The position numbers and the translations under genes are program-made. Below the pieces are notes generated by a model. It was given only the letters and a program-made list of their open reading frames with translations, was not told where the DNA came from and did no database searches. Shown piece after piece: positions 18,032 to 28,727 of a stretch of 54,446 nt of DNA. Numbering within the stretch: the first letter of the stretch is position 1; the number at the start of each line of letters is the position of its first letter. Source of the stretch: a virus (Duplodnaviria; Caudoviricetes); IMG/VR virus record IMGVR_UViG_3300046171_000011, positions 1-54,446 of that record; one strand, written 5' to 3'.

Positions 18032-18741
18032 TGAACGAACTTGAGCCACCAAAGAAGCAAACACGGTCACGCAGAAAGACAAACTACAAGAACGCAGCTA
18101 ACAAAAGAGTATCAGGTTTTGTACCACGAACAGAACGACAGAAGCAGCTATGGGATGCAATGCGTGACAGTACACAGGTCATGGTGCTTGGCCCTGCAGG
18201 TACAGGTAAGACTTATGTAACAGCCACCCACGCTGCTGATCTGTATACACTGAAAGATATTGACAGGATAGTTATAACTAGACCTCATATATCTGTAGGT
18301 AAAGACATAGGGTTTCTTCCGGGTTCACTTGAAGAGAAGACCTACCCATGGGCATTGCCTGTGCTTGACGTACTGCAGAAACACTTAGGTAAGGGTGCAG
18401 TAGACACAGCCATAAAGAATGGTAACATTGAGATGTCTCCCTTGGCACTGATGCGAGGGCGTAGCTTTGATAGTTCATTCATCATAGTAGATGAAACACA
18501 GAACATTACAACGCATGAGCTAAAGATGTTGTTGACACGTGTGGGAGAAGGTAGTACAATAGTACTCAATGGTGATGCACAGCAGTCAGACTTAAAAGAG
18601 GCAGATGGTCTATCTAAGATCATTCACTTAGCTAAGAAACATATGCTACCTGTACCCATCATTGAGTTTGGTGTAGAGGATATTGTACGTAGTGACATCT
18701 GTGCAGAGTGGGTAAAAGTATTTATGGATGAAGGTTTATGA
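18031..18741 (+). CDS. phoH: PhoH-like ATPase
   Basis: GPAGTGKT, GFLPG, MRGRSF, DETQN, LTRVGE and GD..QSD motifs. Confidence 0.95.
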   Translation: MNELEPPKKQTRSRRKTNYKNAANKRVSGFVPRTERQKQLWDAMRDSTQVMVLGPAGTGKTYVTATHAADLYTLKDIDRIVITRPHISVGKDIGFLPGSLEEKTYPWALPVLDVLQKHLGKGAVDTAIKNGNIEMSPLALMRGRSFDSSFIIVDETQNITTHELKMLLTRVGEGSTIVLNGDAQQSDLKEADGLSKIIHLAKKHMLPVPIIEFGVEDIVRSDICAEWVKVFMDEGL

Positions 18742-18941
18742 AACTAGAACAAGAAGCACAAGAATACCTAGAGGCTAAGCGTAAGCAGCTTAACAAAGAC
18801 GTAGACAATACATGGGCTAGCTTTGATATATTACTAGATGATGCATTGCTTGAGTCTGATGAAAAGACCAGTGCTTTACAAAGGCTGTACGAATGTTTGA
18901 TGTGGGCTAGACTAGCCATAAAGAACAACAAGATAAAATAA
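18738..18941 (+). CDS. Hypothetical protein
   Basis: ATGA overlap; last gene of the + arm. Confidence 0.7.
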   Translation: MKLEQEAQEYLEAKRKQLNKDVDNTWASFDILLDDALLESDEKTSALQRLYECLMWARLAIKNNKIK

Positions 18942-18968
18942 AAGGGGCTAAGCGCCCCTCTAAGTTTT
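18935..18968. terminator. Intrinsic terminator between the convergent arms
   Basis: AGGGGC-TAAGC-GCCCCT hairpin with an A-tract on the left (U-tract for the - strand) and a short T run on the right. Confidence 0.75.
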
Positions 18969-21900
18969 ATATCTTGCCAACCTCTTCATATATATCAGTG
19001 AGATATTCTATAGCACTTAGTAATAGATGCAATTCTTTATACTCTAGTTCCTTTGGAGTACCTGTTACACCGTGTGTTTTATTAATTAGTTTCTGAGCAT
19101 CCATTCTAATTTCTCTTGGCTTACCCATAATTTTAGAAGCTAGTCTTAGCTTCATGTTGTCTTGTCCTAGCGCTCCGCTAGTCATTACCTTTCTTAGTTC
19201 TGACTTTGTGGTAGATACAAGATCACGCAGTGCTTTTCTCTTTGCGTTTATATTAGAGTCCTTAAACTCTTTATTATCTAATAACTTCTGAACTCTTCTT
19301 TCTAGTACAGGTGCAATCAATTCATTGAAGGCTCTGTCATATGCGGGTATTTTAGTTCTTTCATTAGCGGTCCAAGGAAACATCTCTGCCATAGAGTATG
19401 CTTTCTCTGTAGCAGTCTTGCCCGGTTTTATAGTCAGACCAAAGATACGTGCAAAGGGGTTAGCATCATATAACTCACCCTCACGTGTAGCTACTCTTAA
19501 CTCTTCTCCTGTTATAGCATCTGTTTTGTCAGTAAACGCTTCTAATATATTATCCATGTACTTAGTGGCTGACTGAGTAAATACATCAAACCCTTCTGCC
19601 TGTCTAACATCTTTAGCAGTATCTGTACCAAAGGCAAAACCTGCTATTTTGTTTACTGCATCTATGGGTCTAGTAACACCTGCTACCATGTTACCTGCTA
19701 GTTTACTGAATGCATTAAGGTTTGCTCCACGTGCAGCTTCATCTGCATTTAAGAATACGTCAAGTACGTTATTAAGATCATTAGCAAACTCTACATCCTT
19801 TGAGAACTGACCTACCGCTACCTGAGTTAGCAACTCTTGTATTGCTTCTGGTGGTACTTTAGATGTTTCTTTATCAGGATTGATGAAGTTAAGGTTGGCT
19901 AAGTTTCCTACCCTACCTGCAGCGAGAAACACAGAGAAAGGGAAGGTGTTTTTAGCATCAATAATACTGCCACCTGCACCCTCAACCTCAAACATACCTA
20001 AACCTTTTTTCTGCCTTTCTTTATCATACTGCATAGCAAGAAGAAGGGTTGATGTACCCACCAAAGACCTAGCGAGTGCCTCTGTTTCAGTGATAGTAAT
20101 TCCCTCTGCTTTACCTTTTCTGACAATACGAGATGCTACAGAGTAAGTAGTGCCTATACCACCAAACAAAGACCATTGATAAGAGGTAGCCACAACGTTA
20201 TTAAAGAATCTTCCGAATGGTAAGATTGTTCCTATAGCAGGTAGGTTAGAGAAGTTCTCCACAATTTTAGCTACTGACTTTAAAAGCTGATCATCTGTTC
20301 CATAATCCTTAGCAAACACAGATTTTAAAGTTGTATCTAGTGCTGCTTGGATGATGCCATCATCTATATCTGTCTCTCGCCCTGATTCTAAAACCTCTTT
20401 AAGGGTTGTGTTTTTCTGTAGACGTAGGTGCTTATCCATTTCCGTCATAAACATTTGAGATTTAGTAAAGCTGTCCTGAATACGAACACCTGTTATCTCA
20501 CCTGCTGCCGTAGCAACAGCTTCTGTTTGTTTAAATAATTTACTGTTAGGGTCTATCCCATATCTAGTACTTGTTCTCTCAATACCACCTGCTACTGTTT
20601 CAAATAAAATCTTTTGTATATCTTTATTGTTATCCAGAAACTTCATGTACGCATCATGTGTCGTGTAAGGGTCGAGCAAGTTACGCATCTTTTGGGCCTG
20701 TAGTTGCCTCAGTGCCTTAGCTCTTCTGAAAGATTCTTCTGCACCTACGCGACCTAGCTGACCGCCTAGTGATAGCTGAGACATACCTTTTAGAAATAAA
20801 CCTGTGTAACTAAATGCATCAGCTAAAGTTTGTCCCACAAAGTATTGAGAGAAACCTGCTACGTTAATAGCGGTTGTTGCAGGTGATGATACAAGCAATC
20901 TTTTCCATACAGACTGTGCGTACTTAACACCCTCTACTCTCTTTAGCTCTTTGCCTATCTGTTCTTTTGTTTCTATTTGTGAAAGCGTATCATCTAGTAA
21001 GTCAGATGATCTAACGATACTTGTATCTAATACCTTACGAAACTGAGACAAAGCATTTAAGGATTTACCTGCCTCTGAAATATTATAAGCAAGCATATCA
21101 CTTATCTTTACGTTAGATGCAGATAAGTCTCCAATCATTATACCTGATTTTTGCATATAATTATTCAAGGTATTTAGTTCTTCTTGAGGTAAGAACCTAA
21201 TAACATTAGTCATAAGATCAGATAGGTGTTTTGTTTCACGTCCTATCTTATAGCCTTTTTCTTTAAACAGCAAGGCTAAGCCACTCTTCCCATCTTTACC
21301 TACTAAAAAGTTTTTAATTAGTTGGGCAGGCATAGCCTCATTTGAATAGGCGCTACCACTTTCTACTTTTTTATTCCAATCCATCACTTCTTTGATGAGT
21401 ATTTTAGCGGCTCTCTTAGATTGCTTTTCACTAAGTAAAGGGGTGGCCTCATCAACTACATCTTCTGCAACCTTCTTTAACACATCAGGTGCTGAATCTA
21501 ATCCAGATGCACCCTTTGCTTTACCTGCTACCATCTGTGCGCCACCTGCAACACCACCTAATAGAGCAGAGAAACCTGACTGCAGTGCGCTAAAGCTATC
21601 TTGTGCGCCCACATCAAGCATGACCTGCTGAGCCATTACATCTTGTAGCACAGCAGCAGATGCATCTAGTCCTACTGTATATTTCAAAGACCTCTTAGCT
21701 GCTAAATCCTTTAGCTCCGATTCTTTGCCACGCATTGCCGCCTTAGCTAGACCTCTTCTTCCTTCATTAGCTACTTTTTTAGCTACCTGTTCATACAGCC
21801 TACCTGATGCTTTTACAGAAAAGCCTTGCTTTACGGCACGTCTAGCTGCTTCTATTCCTGCAGCCTTAGCCGCTTCTTTAGCCGCTTCTTTAGTAGCACC

Positions 21901-22470
21901 AGACCTAAATGATGCAGCACCTGTGTTCCTAACAAGTGTTCGTATAGCAGCCTTTGATGCAGCAGTTGTACCTAACGCACCTGCCCTAGCGATACCACCT
22001 GTAGCTATACCAAGGTAGTTACTAGGGTCTACAGCAGCAGCACTTACATAATCCCACACACCACCTACTGCACCCATAAGACCGTCATTCACAAAAACGT
22101 TACCTAGCTGATCATAAATCTGATAAGCTCTTTTGGCTTTTGCCTTGCGTTTATCATCTGCCTTACTAATAAAACGAACCTCTCCTGCAGTAGATATAGT
22201 ATTAGCGTTAAAGAAACGCATATGTTCTACAAAATCTTCTACCACAGCGTCTTCATTTTTATCTTTGTAATCCACGCCTTTGCGTTCTATCATGTATTCA
22301 CGAATAGGCTGTAGGTATTCATACTTCTTTAGGTCATCCTTCTTGAGAGATGTACCTTCTTCAAAAAGCATGTCATCCATAGACGGCTCTTGTTTAACAG
22401 GCGGTTTATACAACTGCCCTGTCTTTAGATTGTCCATTATACTTTGCTTTGTTTTTTCGTATTCATTCAT
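18967..22470 (-). CDS. Large internal virion (ejection) protein, 1167 aa
   Basis: Size, Ala/Gly-rich helical segments and last position in the structural arm. Confidence 0.7.
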   Translation of the reverse strand: MNEYEKTKQSIMDNLKTGQLYKPPVKQEPSMDDMLFEEGTSLKKDDLKKYEYLQPIREYMIERKGVDYKDKNEDAVVEDFVEHMRFFNANTISTAGEVRFISKADDKRKAKAKRAYQIYDQLGNVFVNDGLMGAVGGVWDYVSAAAVDPSNYLGIATGGIARAGALGTTAASKAAIRTLVRNTGAASFRSGATKEAAKEAAKAAGIEAARRAVKQGFSVKASGRLYEQVAKKVANEGRRGLAKAAMRGKESELKDLAAKRSLKYTVGLDASAAVLQDVMAQQVMLDVGAQDSFSALQSGFSALLGGVAGGAQMVAGKAKGASGLDSAPDVLKKVAEDVVDEATPLLSEKQSKRAAKILIKEVMDWNKKVESGSAYSNEAMPAQLIKNFLVGKDGKSGLALLFKEKGYKIGRETKHLSDLMTNVIRFLPQEELNTLNNYMQKSGIMIGDLSASNVKISDMLAYNISEAGKSLNALSQFRKVLDTSIVRSSDLLDDTLSQIETKEQIGKELKRVEGVKYAQSVWKRLLVSSPATTAINVAGFSQYFVGQTLADAFSYTGLFLKGMSQLSLGGQLGRVGAEESFRRAKALRQLQAQKMRNLLDPYTTHDAYMKFLDNNKDIQKILFETVAGGIERTSTRYGIDPNSKLFKQTEAVATAAGEITGVRIQDSFTKSQMFMTEMDKHLRLQKNTTLKEVLESGRETDIDDGIIQAALDTTLKSVFAKDYGTDDQLLKSVAKIVENFSNLPAIGTILPFGRFFNNVVATSYQWSLFGGIGTTYSVASRIVRKGKAEGITITETEALARSLVGTSTLLLAMQYDKERQKKGLGMFEVEGAGGSIIDAKNTFPFSVFLAAGRVGNLANLNFINPDKETSKVPPEAIQELLTQVAVGQFSKDVEFANDLNNVLDVFLNADEAARGANLNAFSKLAGNMVAGVTRPIDAVNKIAGFAFGTDTAKDVRQAEGFDVFTQSATKYMDNILEAFTDKTDAITGEELRVATREGELYDANPFARIFGLTIKPGKTATEKAYSMAEMFPWTANERTKIPAYDRAFNELIAPVLERRVQKLLDNKEFKDSNINAKRKALRDLVSTTKSELRKVMTSGALGQDNMKLRLASKIMGKPREIRMDAQKLINKTHGVTGTPKELEYKELHLLLSAIEYLTDIYEEVGKI

Positions 22471-22481
22471 AGTACATTTAC

Positions 22482-24041
22482 CTATTTAGAAAATCTATTA
22501 AGCAGTTCATCTGTTAGTTTTTCGTCTATGCTTTCTTCCCCTTCATTATAAGGGAGTAAAAATAGAGTAGGTTTAAGACCGTCAAAGAATTTATCATTCA
22601 TAGAAGCCAACTCTTCAGCAGTTACATGGTAGGCTTTTTTACCTAATATAATCTTATATGAGTTTTGTCCTACGTTTGTTTTACGCTCTATATTTAAGTT
22701 TCTGTTTTCTAATATTTCATCCAGATCATCTCTGAAGGTAAAGAAAAGACCGCCTAAAACAGATACTGGAAGCCCTCTTTCTATTTTTTCCGTCCTCTTC
22801 ATACTCTTCCATTGATCTCTAGTATAATCAAAGGAAGCCTTGTCTTCAAGAATACTACCTGCAAACTTATTCCGTAGTATTTCTTTTTGAGCAGCACTTA
22901 AAGCAGGTGCTACAGGGAAAGCTGTATCAATGGGAGCAGAAGGTTGTACATCTTCTGCAGGGGCTGCTGTAGCATCAGTTGTTTCAGGTTGGTCCTCATC
23001 CATCCTGCTTGTAATAACAGTGTCTACTACATCTAAGGTTGGTGTTTCTTCCTCTTGAGCATCGGGTGCTTCTATACCATATATCTCTTTTAGTTCCTCT
23101 AGCTCTTCATTACCTATCATATCCTGCAAAACTTTATTTACTGTAGGTGAAGTGAAGAAACTATTACTGTCGTAGTTTCCAAGGTATATATCTAGCGTGT
23201 CTCTTGACCCCTCTATAAGGGCTGCTTGTCTAAGTTCTTTTATATCCTTTTCAAGCAAAACCTTTTTTTCATCTTCACTAAGATTTGTATTAAAGTTGAT
23301 AGCGTTTCTAAGCTCTTCCTCTGCCTGTATATACTGTCTGCTATTTAATACTTTAGTTTCTATATCTCTAAAATCTCTACTGAAATCTATGGTGTCTTTT
23401 TTAGTAAAGAAATTAACATCTGTGAATACCATAGTAGCCTCTGGCATAATGCTCTGATATTCTTTTTGGTTTGCTAGAGCGTTTATATCTGCGTAAGACA
23501 TACCGCCCATATACTCTGTATCACGCAGTCTCTTATCTACAGCAGCCCTGTCACCAAAGCCAAACAGCGTACCCATAAGACCTACTTCTTTTTGTTCTGC
23601 TTGCTCTGCAGGAGTAAGACCATACTGAGTTTCTAGCCTCTGTTTAAGAAGCTCATCAGAAGTGGCATCAGCATAATCTAAATCAACAGGAGTTATGTTA
23701 GGCATAGATACTATTTGCTCAATATCAGATGGCCCTAATGTAGTCATACCTCTCTGATTTGCAGCAGTCTGTAGGGCTTCTGTAAACTTTTGTATTCCTG
23801 CAGGTCCAGTTTTTGAAGAGTGCAACACTTGATCAATAGTAGCACCTAAAGACATAGCTGTTTGCCCTAATGAATAGGCTTGATCCAATCTGGCCTGACG
23901 TGTTTGTATTAACGGAGCATTACGTTCTGCAGCAGACCTCTCGTCTTTTTCGTACTGTTTGGCCTCTTCTGTGCGTGACTCAATGCCCTTAGTAACCCTA
24001 CCTAAAAAAGCTGCAAGGAAATCATCTCTATTAAATGCCAT
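22482..24041 (-). CDS. Putative internal virion protein
   Basis: 519 aa ORF in the ejection-protein cluster. Confidence 0.6.
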   Translation of the reverse strand: MAFNRDDFLAAFLGRVTKGIESRTEEAKQYEKDERSAAERNAPLIQTRQARLDQAYSLGQTAMSLGATIDQVLHSSKTGPAGIQKFTEALQTAANQRGMTTLGPSDIEQIVSMPNITPVDLDYADATSDELLKQRLETQYGLTPAEQAEQKEVGLMGTLFGFGDRAAVDKRLRDTEYMGGMSYADINALANQKEYQSIMPEATMVFTDVNFFTKKDTIDFSRDFRDIETKVLNSRQYIQAEEELRNAINFNTNLSEDEKKVLLEKDIKELRQAALIEGSRDTLDIYLGNYDSNSFFTSPTVNKVLQDMIGNEELEELKEIYGIEAPDAQEEETPTLDVVDTVITSRMDEDQPETTDATAAPAEDVQPSAPIDTAFPVAPALSAAQKEILRNKFAGSILEDKASFDYTRDQWKSMKRTEKIERGLPVSVLGGLFFTFRDDLDEILENRNLNIERKTNVGQNSYKIILGKKAYHVTAEELASMNDKFFDGLKPTLFLLPYNEGEESIDEKLTDELLNRFSK

Positions 24042-24045
24042 TATA

Positions 24046-24582
24046 TTAACCCTTTGCCATCAAGCCCATAGGCTTATCTTCTTGTTCTAGACCCTGCTCA
24101 TCATCCATGACAGGCTCTTCTGTTTCTGCCATTTCACTAAGCATTTGAATACCGGGATCAGACGTATCAACATCAGGTTGAGCTAAGCGAGATGCTAGAA
24201 TCATATTAAACCTATTCATTTCTGCTTCTTCCGCTTTCTTCTGTGGGTCTTCCCCAGTGTCCTTAACTGTAACACCCATAGCCTCAATAGATTGTTTTAA
24301 AAATGTGTGTATAATAGGAGCTACAAGCATACCTGCATCAAGTGTGTGAAGTCCACGCATCACACCTTGTAAATAGGTACTCTCTACAATAGGTGCAAGT
24401 GATGCACCTGCTTGGCACATAGCAGCAAAGTCATCAAGAACATCCTGATTAGCTAGGCGTTCAATGTAGTACTTAGCTACATCCTCTACGTTAGCCATCT
24501 CTGGTGGTTGTTCCCATGGGTTGTTACGTGGTTCGTCTGTTAAAGACTGACCGGGAATGGGTCTATCAAATGCTGTAGCCAT
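24046..24582 (-). CDS. Conserved hypothetical virion-module protein
   Basis: PIPGQSLT...PWEQPP motif; C-terminal GLMAKG. Confidence 0.7.
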   Translation of the reverse strand: MATAFDRPIPGQSLTDEPRNNPWEQPPEMANVEDVAKYYIERLANQDVLDDFAAMCQAGASLAPIVESTYLQGVMRGLHTLDAGMLVAPIIHTFLKQSIEAMGVTVKDTGEDPQKKAEEAEMNRFNMILASRLAQPDVDTSDPGIQMLSEMAETEEPVMDDEQGLEQEDKPMGLMAKG

Positions 24583-24590
24583 AATGTATC

Positions 24591-25034
24591 CTATTTAGTA
24601 AATCCTGCACCAAAGTAAAGTCCTACAATGGCTGAAACTATGTGTGTGTCTAGTGGGGTGATAACGAAACCTTCTGCGTACTTCCATTGTATTGCCTCTG
24701 CAGGTCCGAACAGCCAGTTAAGTATTCCACCTGTTGCTTCTGTGTACCCTACGAATACACCAACATCAGGATACCACACTGCGACTAGCTTTGGCAAGAC
24801 AATAATGCTGAATACTGCAGATAATGCTATAAGTCTACGTGTCCAAGCAAAGTGTTTGTCTGTCTTACCTGCGTCACGTGCATCTGCTACAGCACTACGG
24901 TTAAACTCTGCACGTTGCATTAGCATCTCCTGCTGCTGCTGACGTGACTTCATGCTCTGCCCCCATATAGACATTACTCCACCAAGGACGGTAGAGAAGA
25001 GCATGGTTATGAGTTCTAAGGGTAAGCCTAACAT
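24591..25034 (-). CDS. Holin-like membrane protein
   Basis: Three hydrophobic segments; adjacent to the GH19 gene. Confidence 0.6.
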   Translation of the reverse strand: MLGLPLELITMLFSTVLGGVMSIWGQSMKSRQQQQEMLMQRAEFNRSAVADARDAGKTDKHFAWTRRLIALSAVFSIIVLPKLVAVWYPDVGVFVGYTEATGGILNWLFGPAEAIQWKYAEGFVITPLDTHIVSAIVGLYFGAGFTK

Positions 25035-25035
25035 A

Positions 25036-26571
25036 TTAATTTAAGCCACGTTGTGTACCATTAACAAGGCGTACAAGATCGTATTTCGTAGCGTTTTCTG
25101 GTATATCTACACCTTGTTCACCTAGCCATGTTTCCATAGCACCTTTTGTATTTGTACCAATTATACCGTCTACTGTTACACCAACTATACGCTGAGCTTC
25201 TTTTTCATCAGAAAGCATTGCATTTGTTCTATCTTGCCCTTGAAGATTGCCTATTACACGTGACCATCTGTTTCTTTTTGCATCAGTACTTTCTCCTGAG
25301 TTTATTAAGTCACCCATCCTAAAAGGACCAAACTCTGAGGCTGTATCAGTTGTTAGATTATTCATATCTAAATATGCCAGAGCTACAGGTAAAGCATACT
25401 CCAAGCTATTTACAAGTTCTGGTTCATTTACTAAATCAATGTTTATGCCTTTTTCAGCTAGTTTATCCTGTACATCTTTATAGTTACCTTTTCCTGTTAG
25501 CTGAATTAAACCACGGCCTTTATATTTTGACCCATCACCAGAAGCAAAGTCACCGTTACCATTAACCCCTGCATATACAGAGTCAAATACATTAGTGCCA
25601 GAGTAGTTTAGTAATGTACCATCAGCATCCATTACTCCATCTCTAATCATATATCGCCGCCAAGGGTTTTTAAACTGCCCTACCATAGGGTTGTTTGCTT
25701 TCAATTTTTTCTTATTATATACATCACCGACTTTGTAACGCTCAGTGTCAAGGTCATTTACATTAGTTTCTGTGTACATAATCTCATCTGTAAGCCCTGC
25801 AATACCAGACTCTGTAGTTTGGTTTCCTAATACAATAGCGTTGAAGGTTTTATTATCTGTAAGGCCGTTTATTGATTGTCTAAATTTATCCCCATTAAAT
25901 GCTCCGTTTGATGCTATATCTTTTTCTAAAGCTGTAATAATTGGTGTACCCTTACCTAAAGGTTCATTTACCGCAATCATATCAGCAGGTCTAGACATCA
26001 ATCCTTGTGTACTAGCAGCCATTCTGTCTAGCGCTGCAGCCTCTTGATCTGCTAGTGCTTGCTTCTCTTCATCAGACGTGTCTTGTATTGCAGGTGCAAG
26101 CTCTCCTGTTTGGATAGCAGGTCGTGTAGGTATAGCACGATAGGGTGTAGTTGCATCTAAGATGTATGTTTCAGGTAAGCCATACTCAACTATCTCACCG
26201 TCTGGGCCTATACCCATAGTACCTGTTGTTGACTTAGGTTCATCAGTGTCGTGGAACGCACCAATACCTTCAGGAAAGGTTGTACCAAAACGGTTATCAG
26301 GGTCTATAAAACCTCTAGCGCCACCTTCGTACTCTGGACCAAGAGTAAACTCAGGTTTGCTATATAGCTTAATAGGATCAGGCTTTGGTGCAGGACTACC
26401 AAACCTAGCTTGCGCTTTCTCAAATGCTGACCCTGCTCTATCTAACCACGTAGGTTCAGGCTTATCTACCTTCTTCTTAGTGCTAGTACCCAAGCCTCCT
26501 GACTTACTAGGTGCTTTAGTATCTATAGTAGGCTTGCTCTCTACGGATGGTTCAAATGGTCTATATAACAT
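25036..26571 (-). CDS. Protein with a GH19 (chitinase-fold) peptidoglycan hydrolase domain and PG-binding-like C-terminus
   Basis: GNGD..SGDG.KYKGRGLIQLTGK.NY motif; C-terminal Q...GVTVDGIIG; likely start at ATG 26571 (AAGG RBS). Confidence 0.8.
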   Translation of the reverse strand: MLYRPFEPSVESKPTIDTKAPSKSGGLGTSTKKKVDKPEPTWLDRAGSAFEKAQARFGSPAPKPDPIKLYSKPEFTLGPEYEGGARGFIDPDNRFGTTFPEGIGAFHDTDEPKSTTGTMGIGPDGEIVEYGLPETYILDATTPYRAIPTRPAIQTGELAPAIQDTSDEEKQALADQEAAALDRMAASTQGLMSRPADMIAVNEPLGKGTPIITALEKDIASNGAFNGDKFRQSINGLTDNKTFNAIVLGNQTTESGIAGLTDEIMYTETNVNDLDTERYKVGDVYNKKKLKANNPMVGQFKNPWRRYMIRDGVMDADGTLLNYSGTNVFDSVYAGVNGNGDFASGDGSKYKGRGLIQLTGKGNYKDVQDKLAEKGINIDLVNEPELVNSLEYALPVALAYLDMNNLTTDTASEFGPFRMGDLINSGESTDAKRNRWSRVIGNLQGQDRTNAMLSDEKEAQRIVGVTVDGIIGTNTKGAMETWLGEQGVDIPENATKYDLVRLVNGTQRGLN

Positions 26572-26587
26572 ACTTATACCTTTATTA

Positions 26588-28453
26588 TTATACAAAAATA
26601 GCGGCGGCGGCTTTTTCTGCGATTGCGCCCAAGAAAGCCCCGGCTGCTGTACTAAGAGCGCTAGAGCCATCATCTTCGCTAATTTTAGCGACTGCAATCT
26701 CTGTATCTCTATTAGCTTCATTTTCTGCTGACTGCCAAGCCCATGATAAGATATCTCTTTCACGCTGTACTATATTATTATACGCAGTCATTGTCAAGTT
26801 ATTTGCTTGCATGGCTGCATCACGGTTGGCTTGGTTCTGTGCGGCGTTCTCTGCTGTTGTAATACTCTGAAACCATGCAGCGTTTGCTTGTGCTACAATC
26901 AAGTGGTTCTGTGCATTAAACTGATCACGTGCGTTCTTCTGTGCCGTATTAAACTGAGCCAGAGCGTTTGTTTCACCTGCGTTAAACCGTTGCTGTGCAT
27001 CCATGCGGTTTGCGTTATCTAGCTGTATCTGTGTTTGCATACTAGCCATGAACTGTTTAGTCTGGTTCTCTGATGTAGCATTGAACTGTTTGGTTGCGTT
27101 CTCTGCAGCAGTATCACTCAAGATAGCATTAGCACGTTCCTGCGCTTTAAACAAAGATGTCTGTTGCTCGTTGTCTAGATTAGCCATATCCATAGCTAAG
27201 AAGTTCTTTGCGTTCTCTACATTAGCTATCTGTTGGTTACTTAGGTTAGTCAAGTCCATCTGAGACATAGCTGCAGCATCTGCTAGTACCTTAGCATTCT
27301 TAGCATCTAGGTTTGCTAAGTTCATGGTGTTAGCCATACGAGCATTCTCTAGCGCTACCTGCTGCTCAGCAGTAAAGTTAATGTTAGCTATGTCACTGAT
27401 CTTAGCAGCGTTAGCTACACGTGCTTGAAAGGCTTGATCAAACTCCATACCTAAAAACTTAGCACGTTCCTGTGCGCCTAGCATTGCAGCCTGTTGTCTG
27501 TTAGACAGGTTCTGCTCTTCAAACCTTGCAAAGGTCTGTGCATCTGCCATAGCTACAGGCAGAGCAGACTCCATAGCAGACTGTATAATAGCCTGACCTG
27601 CCATAGAGGTAGAACCTAAACCACGTGAGGCCATAGCAGAGGCGGCTGCTCTCATAGCACCTGCTGCCCACGGTGGCGGTTCACTGCCCTCAAAGTCTTC
27701 CATCAAGCCTGTAAGCTGTCCCTGTACAGTTGCCTCTGTAGAGGGTGATCCTGTAGCCGCCTCAAAGTTTACCTCTTTCTTGACACGCTCCATGTCAACA
27801 GTCGGCCCTTCAATCATCTCACCTTCTTCAACCTTACGAGGTGCGACCTTCTCTACCTTAGCAGCTTCACCTTGAGCAGCCTCTAGTTTAAGGGCTGACA
27901 GTTTTGCAGGATCACCCTGTGCAGCCTCAATCATTGCCTCTTCTGAGACTTCACCCTTAGCTGCCTCTACATCCTCAAGAGCTTCATCAACCTTACCTGC
28001 TGCTTTAGTGGTGTCAACTGTAGTTGTCACTATATCATCAGGGGCTTCTACTTTAGTTGCATCTCCTGCTGTCGTGACCTCTGCCTGTGCAGCATCACCT
28101 GTCTGACCTACAGTTGTATCAATAGTACCCTCTTGCTTTTGCTCATCTGTAGTCTTAGCTATCTCTGCTTCTGTGACTAACTTAGTAGGATCAGCAGTAA
28201 TAGCCTTAGTGAACTTATTAGCAGCGCTATCCTCTGGCTTTTTAGTGTCGCCACCTTCAGCCATCTTTACAGGCGCACCCTCAATAACACGCCTAGCAGC
28301 AAGAGTATACTTACCCATCTTAGCTGCTGCTGCAGGGTTAGCCGCTAGGAAAGCGTTAATACCTGCCTGTGTCATAGGACCATCATACCCTAAAGCAGGT
28401 AGTATTTTCTTTTGCATTGTTTCAGGTTTAAATCCTGCGAATTTCTTAGCCAT
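26588..28453 (-). CDS. Gln/Asn/Ala-rich internal virion (pilot/ejection) protein
   Basis: Long NxxNxQQ/QFN repeats and an MAEGG motif. Confidence 0.7.
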   Translation of the reverse strand: MAKKFAGFKPETMQKKILPALGYDGPMTQAGINAFLAANPAAAAKMGKYTLAARRVIEGAPVKMAEGGDTKKPEDSAANKFTKAITADPTKLVTEAEIAKTTDEQKQEGTIDTTVGQTGDAAQAEVTTAGDATKVEAPDDIVTTTVDTTKAAGKVDEALEDVEAAKGEVSEEAMIEAAQGDPAKLSALKLEAAQGEAAKVEKVAPRKVEEGEMIEGPTVDMERVKKEVNFEAATGSPSTEATVQGQLTGLMEDFEGSEPPPWAAGAMRAAASAMASRGLGSTSMAGQAIIQSAMESALPVAMADAQTFARFEEQNLSNRQQAAMLGAQERAKFLGMEFDQAFQARVANAAKISDIANINFTAEQQVALENARMANTMNLANLDAKNAKVLADAAAMSQMDLTNLSNQQIANVENAKNFLAMDMANLDNEQQTSLFKAQERANAILSDTAAENATKQFNATSENQTKQFMASMQTQIQLDNANRMDAQQRFNAGETNALAQFNTAQKNARDQFNAQNHLIVAQANAAWFQSITTAENAAQNQANRDAAMQANNLTMTAYNNIVQRERDILSWAWQSAENEANRDTEIAVAKISEDDGSSALSTAAGAFLGAIAEKAAAAIFV

Positions 28454-28454
28454 A

Positions 28455-28712
28455 TTATTTGTTCCCTAGTTGCATCCACATTGATGCTGCAATAAATGTT
28501 ATAATAGCAATGGTTGACATCTTTACTATGGTAGACCAAATACCCTTACGTGTATCTCGCCATGTATCTAACAGGTTACGCATCTCACTGATGTCTCTAC
28601 CTGCTGTTTCATCATGCAATCCTATAGATGATAGGGCTTGCTTAGCACCCCTACTAGCGGCACGATCAAGCATAGCTTCAAGCTCGTCGGGTGTAAGGGT
28701 GATACTTGACAT
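28455..28712 (-). CDS. DUF6127-like small membrane protein
   Basis: LDRAA.RGA..AL..IGL.D..A..DI.E.R.LL..WR motif plus a C-terminal TM segment. Confidence 0.75.
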   Translation of the reverse strand: MSSITLTPDELEAMLDRAASRGAKQALSSIGLHDETAGRDISEMRNLLDTWRDTRKGIWSTIVKMSTIAIITFIAASMWMQLGNK

Positions 28713-28727
28713 TGTTTTATTATTTCC

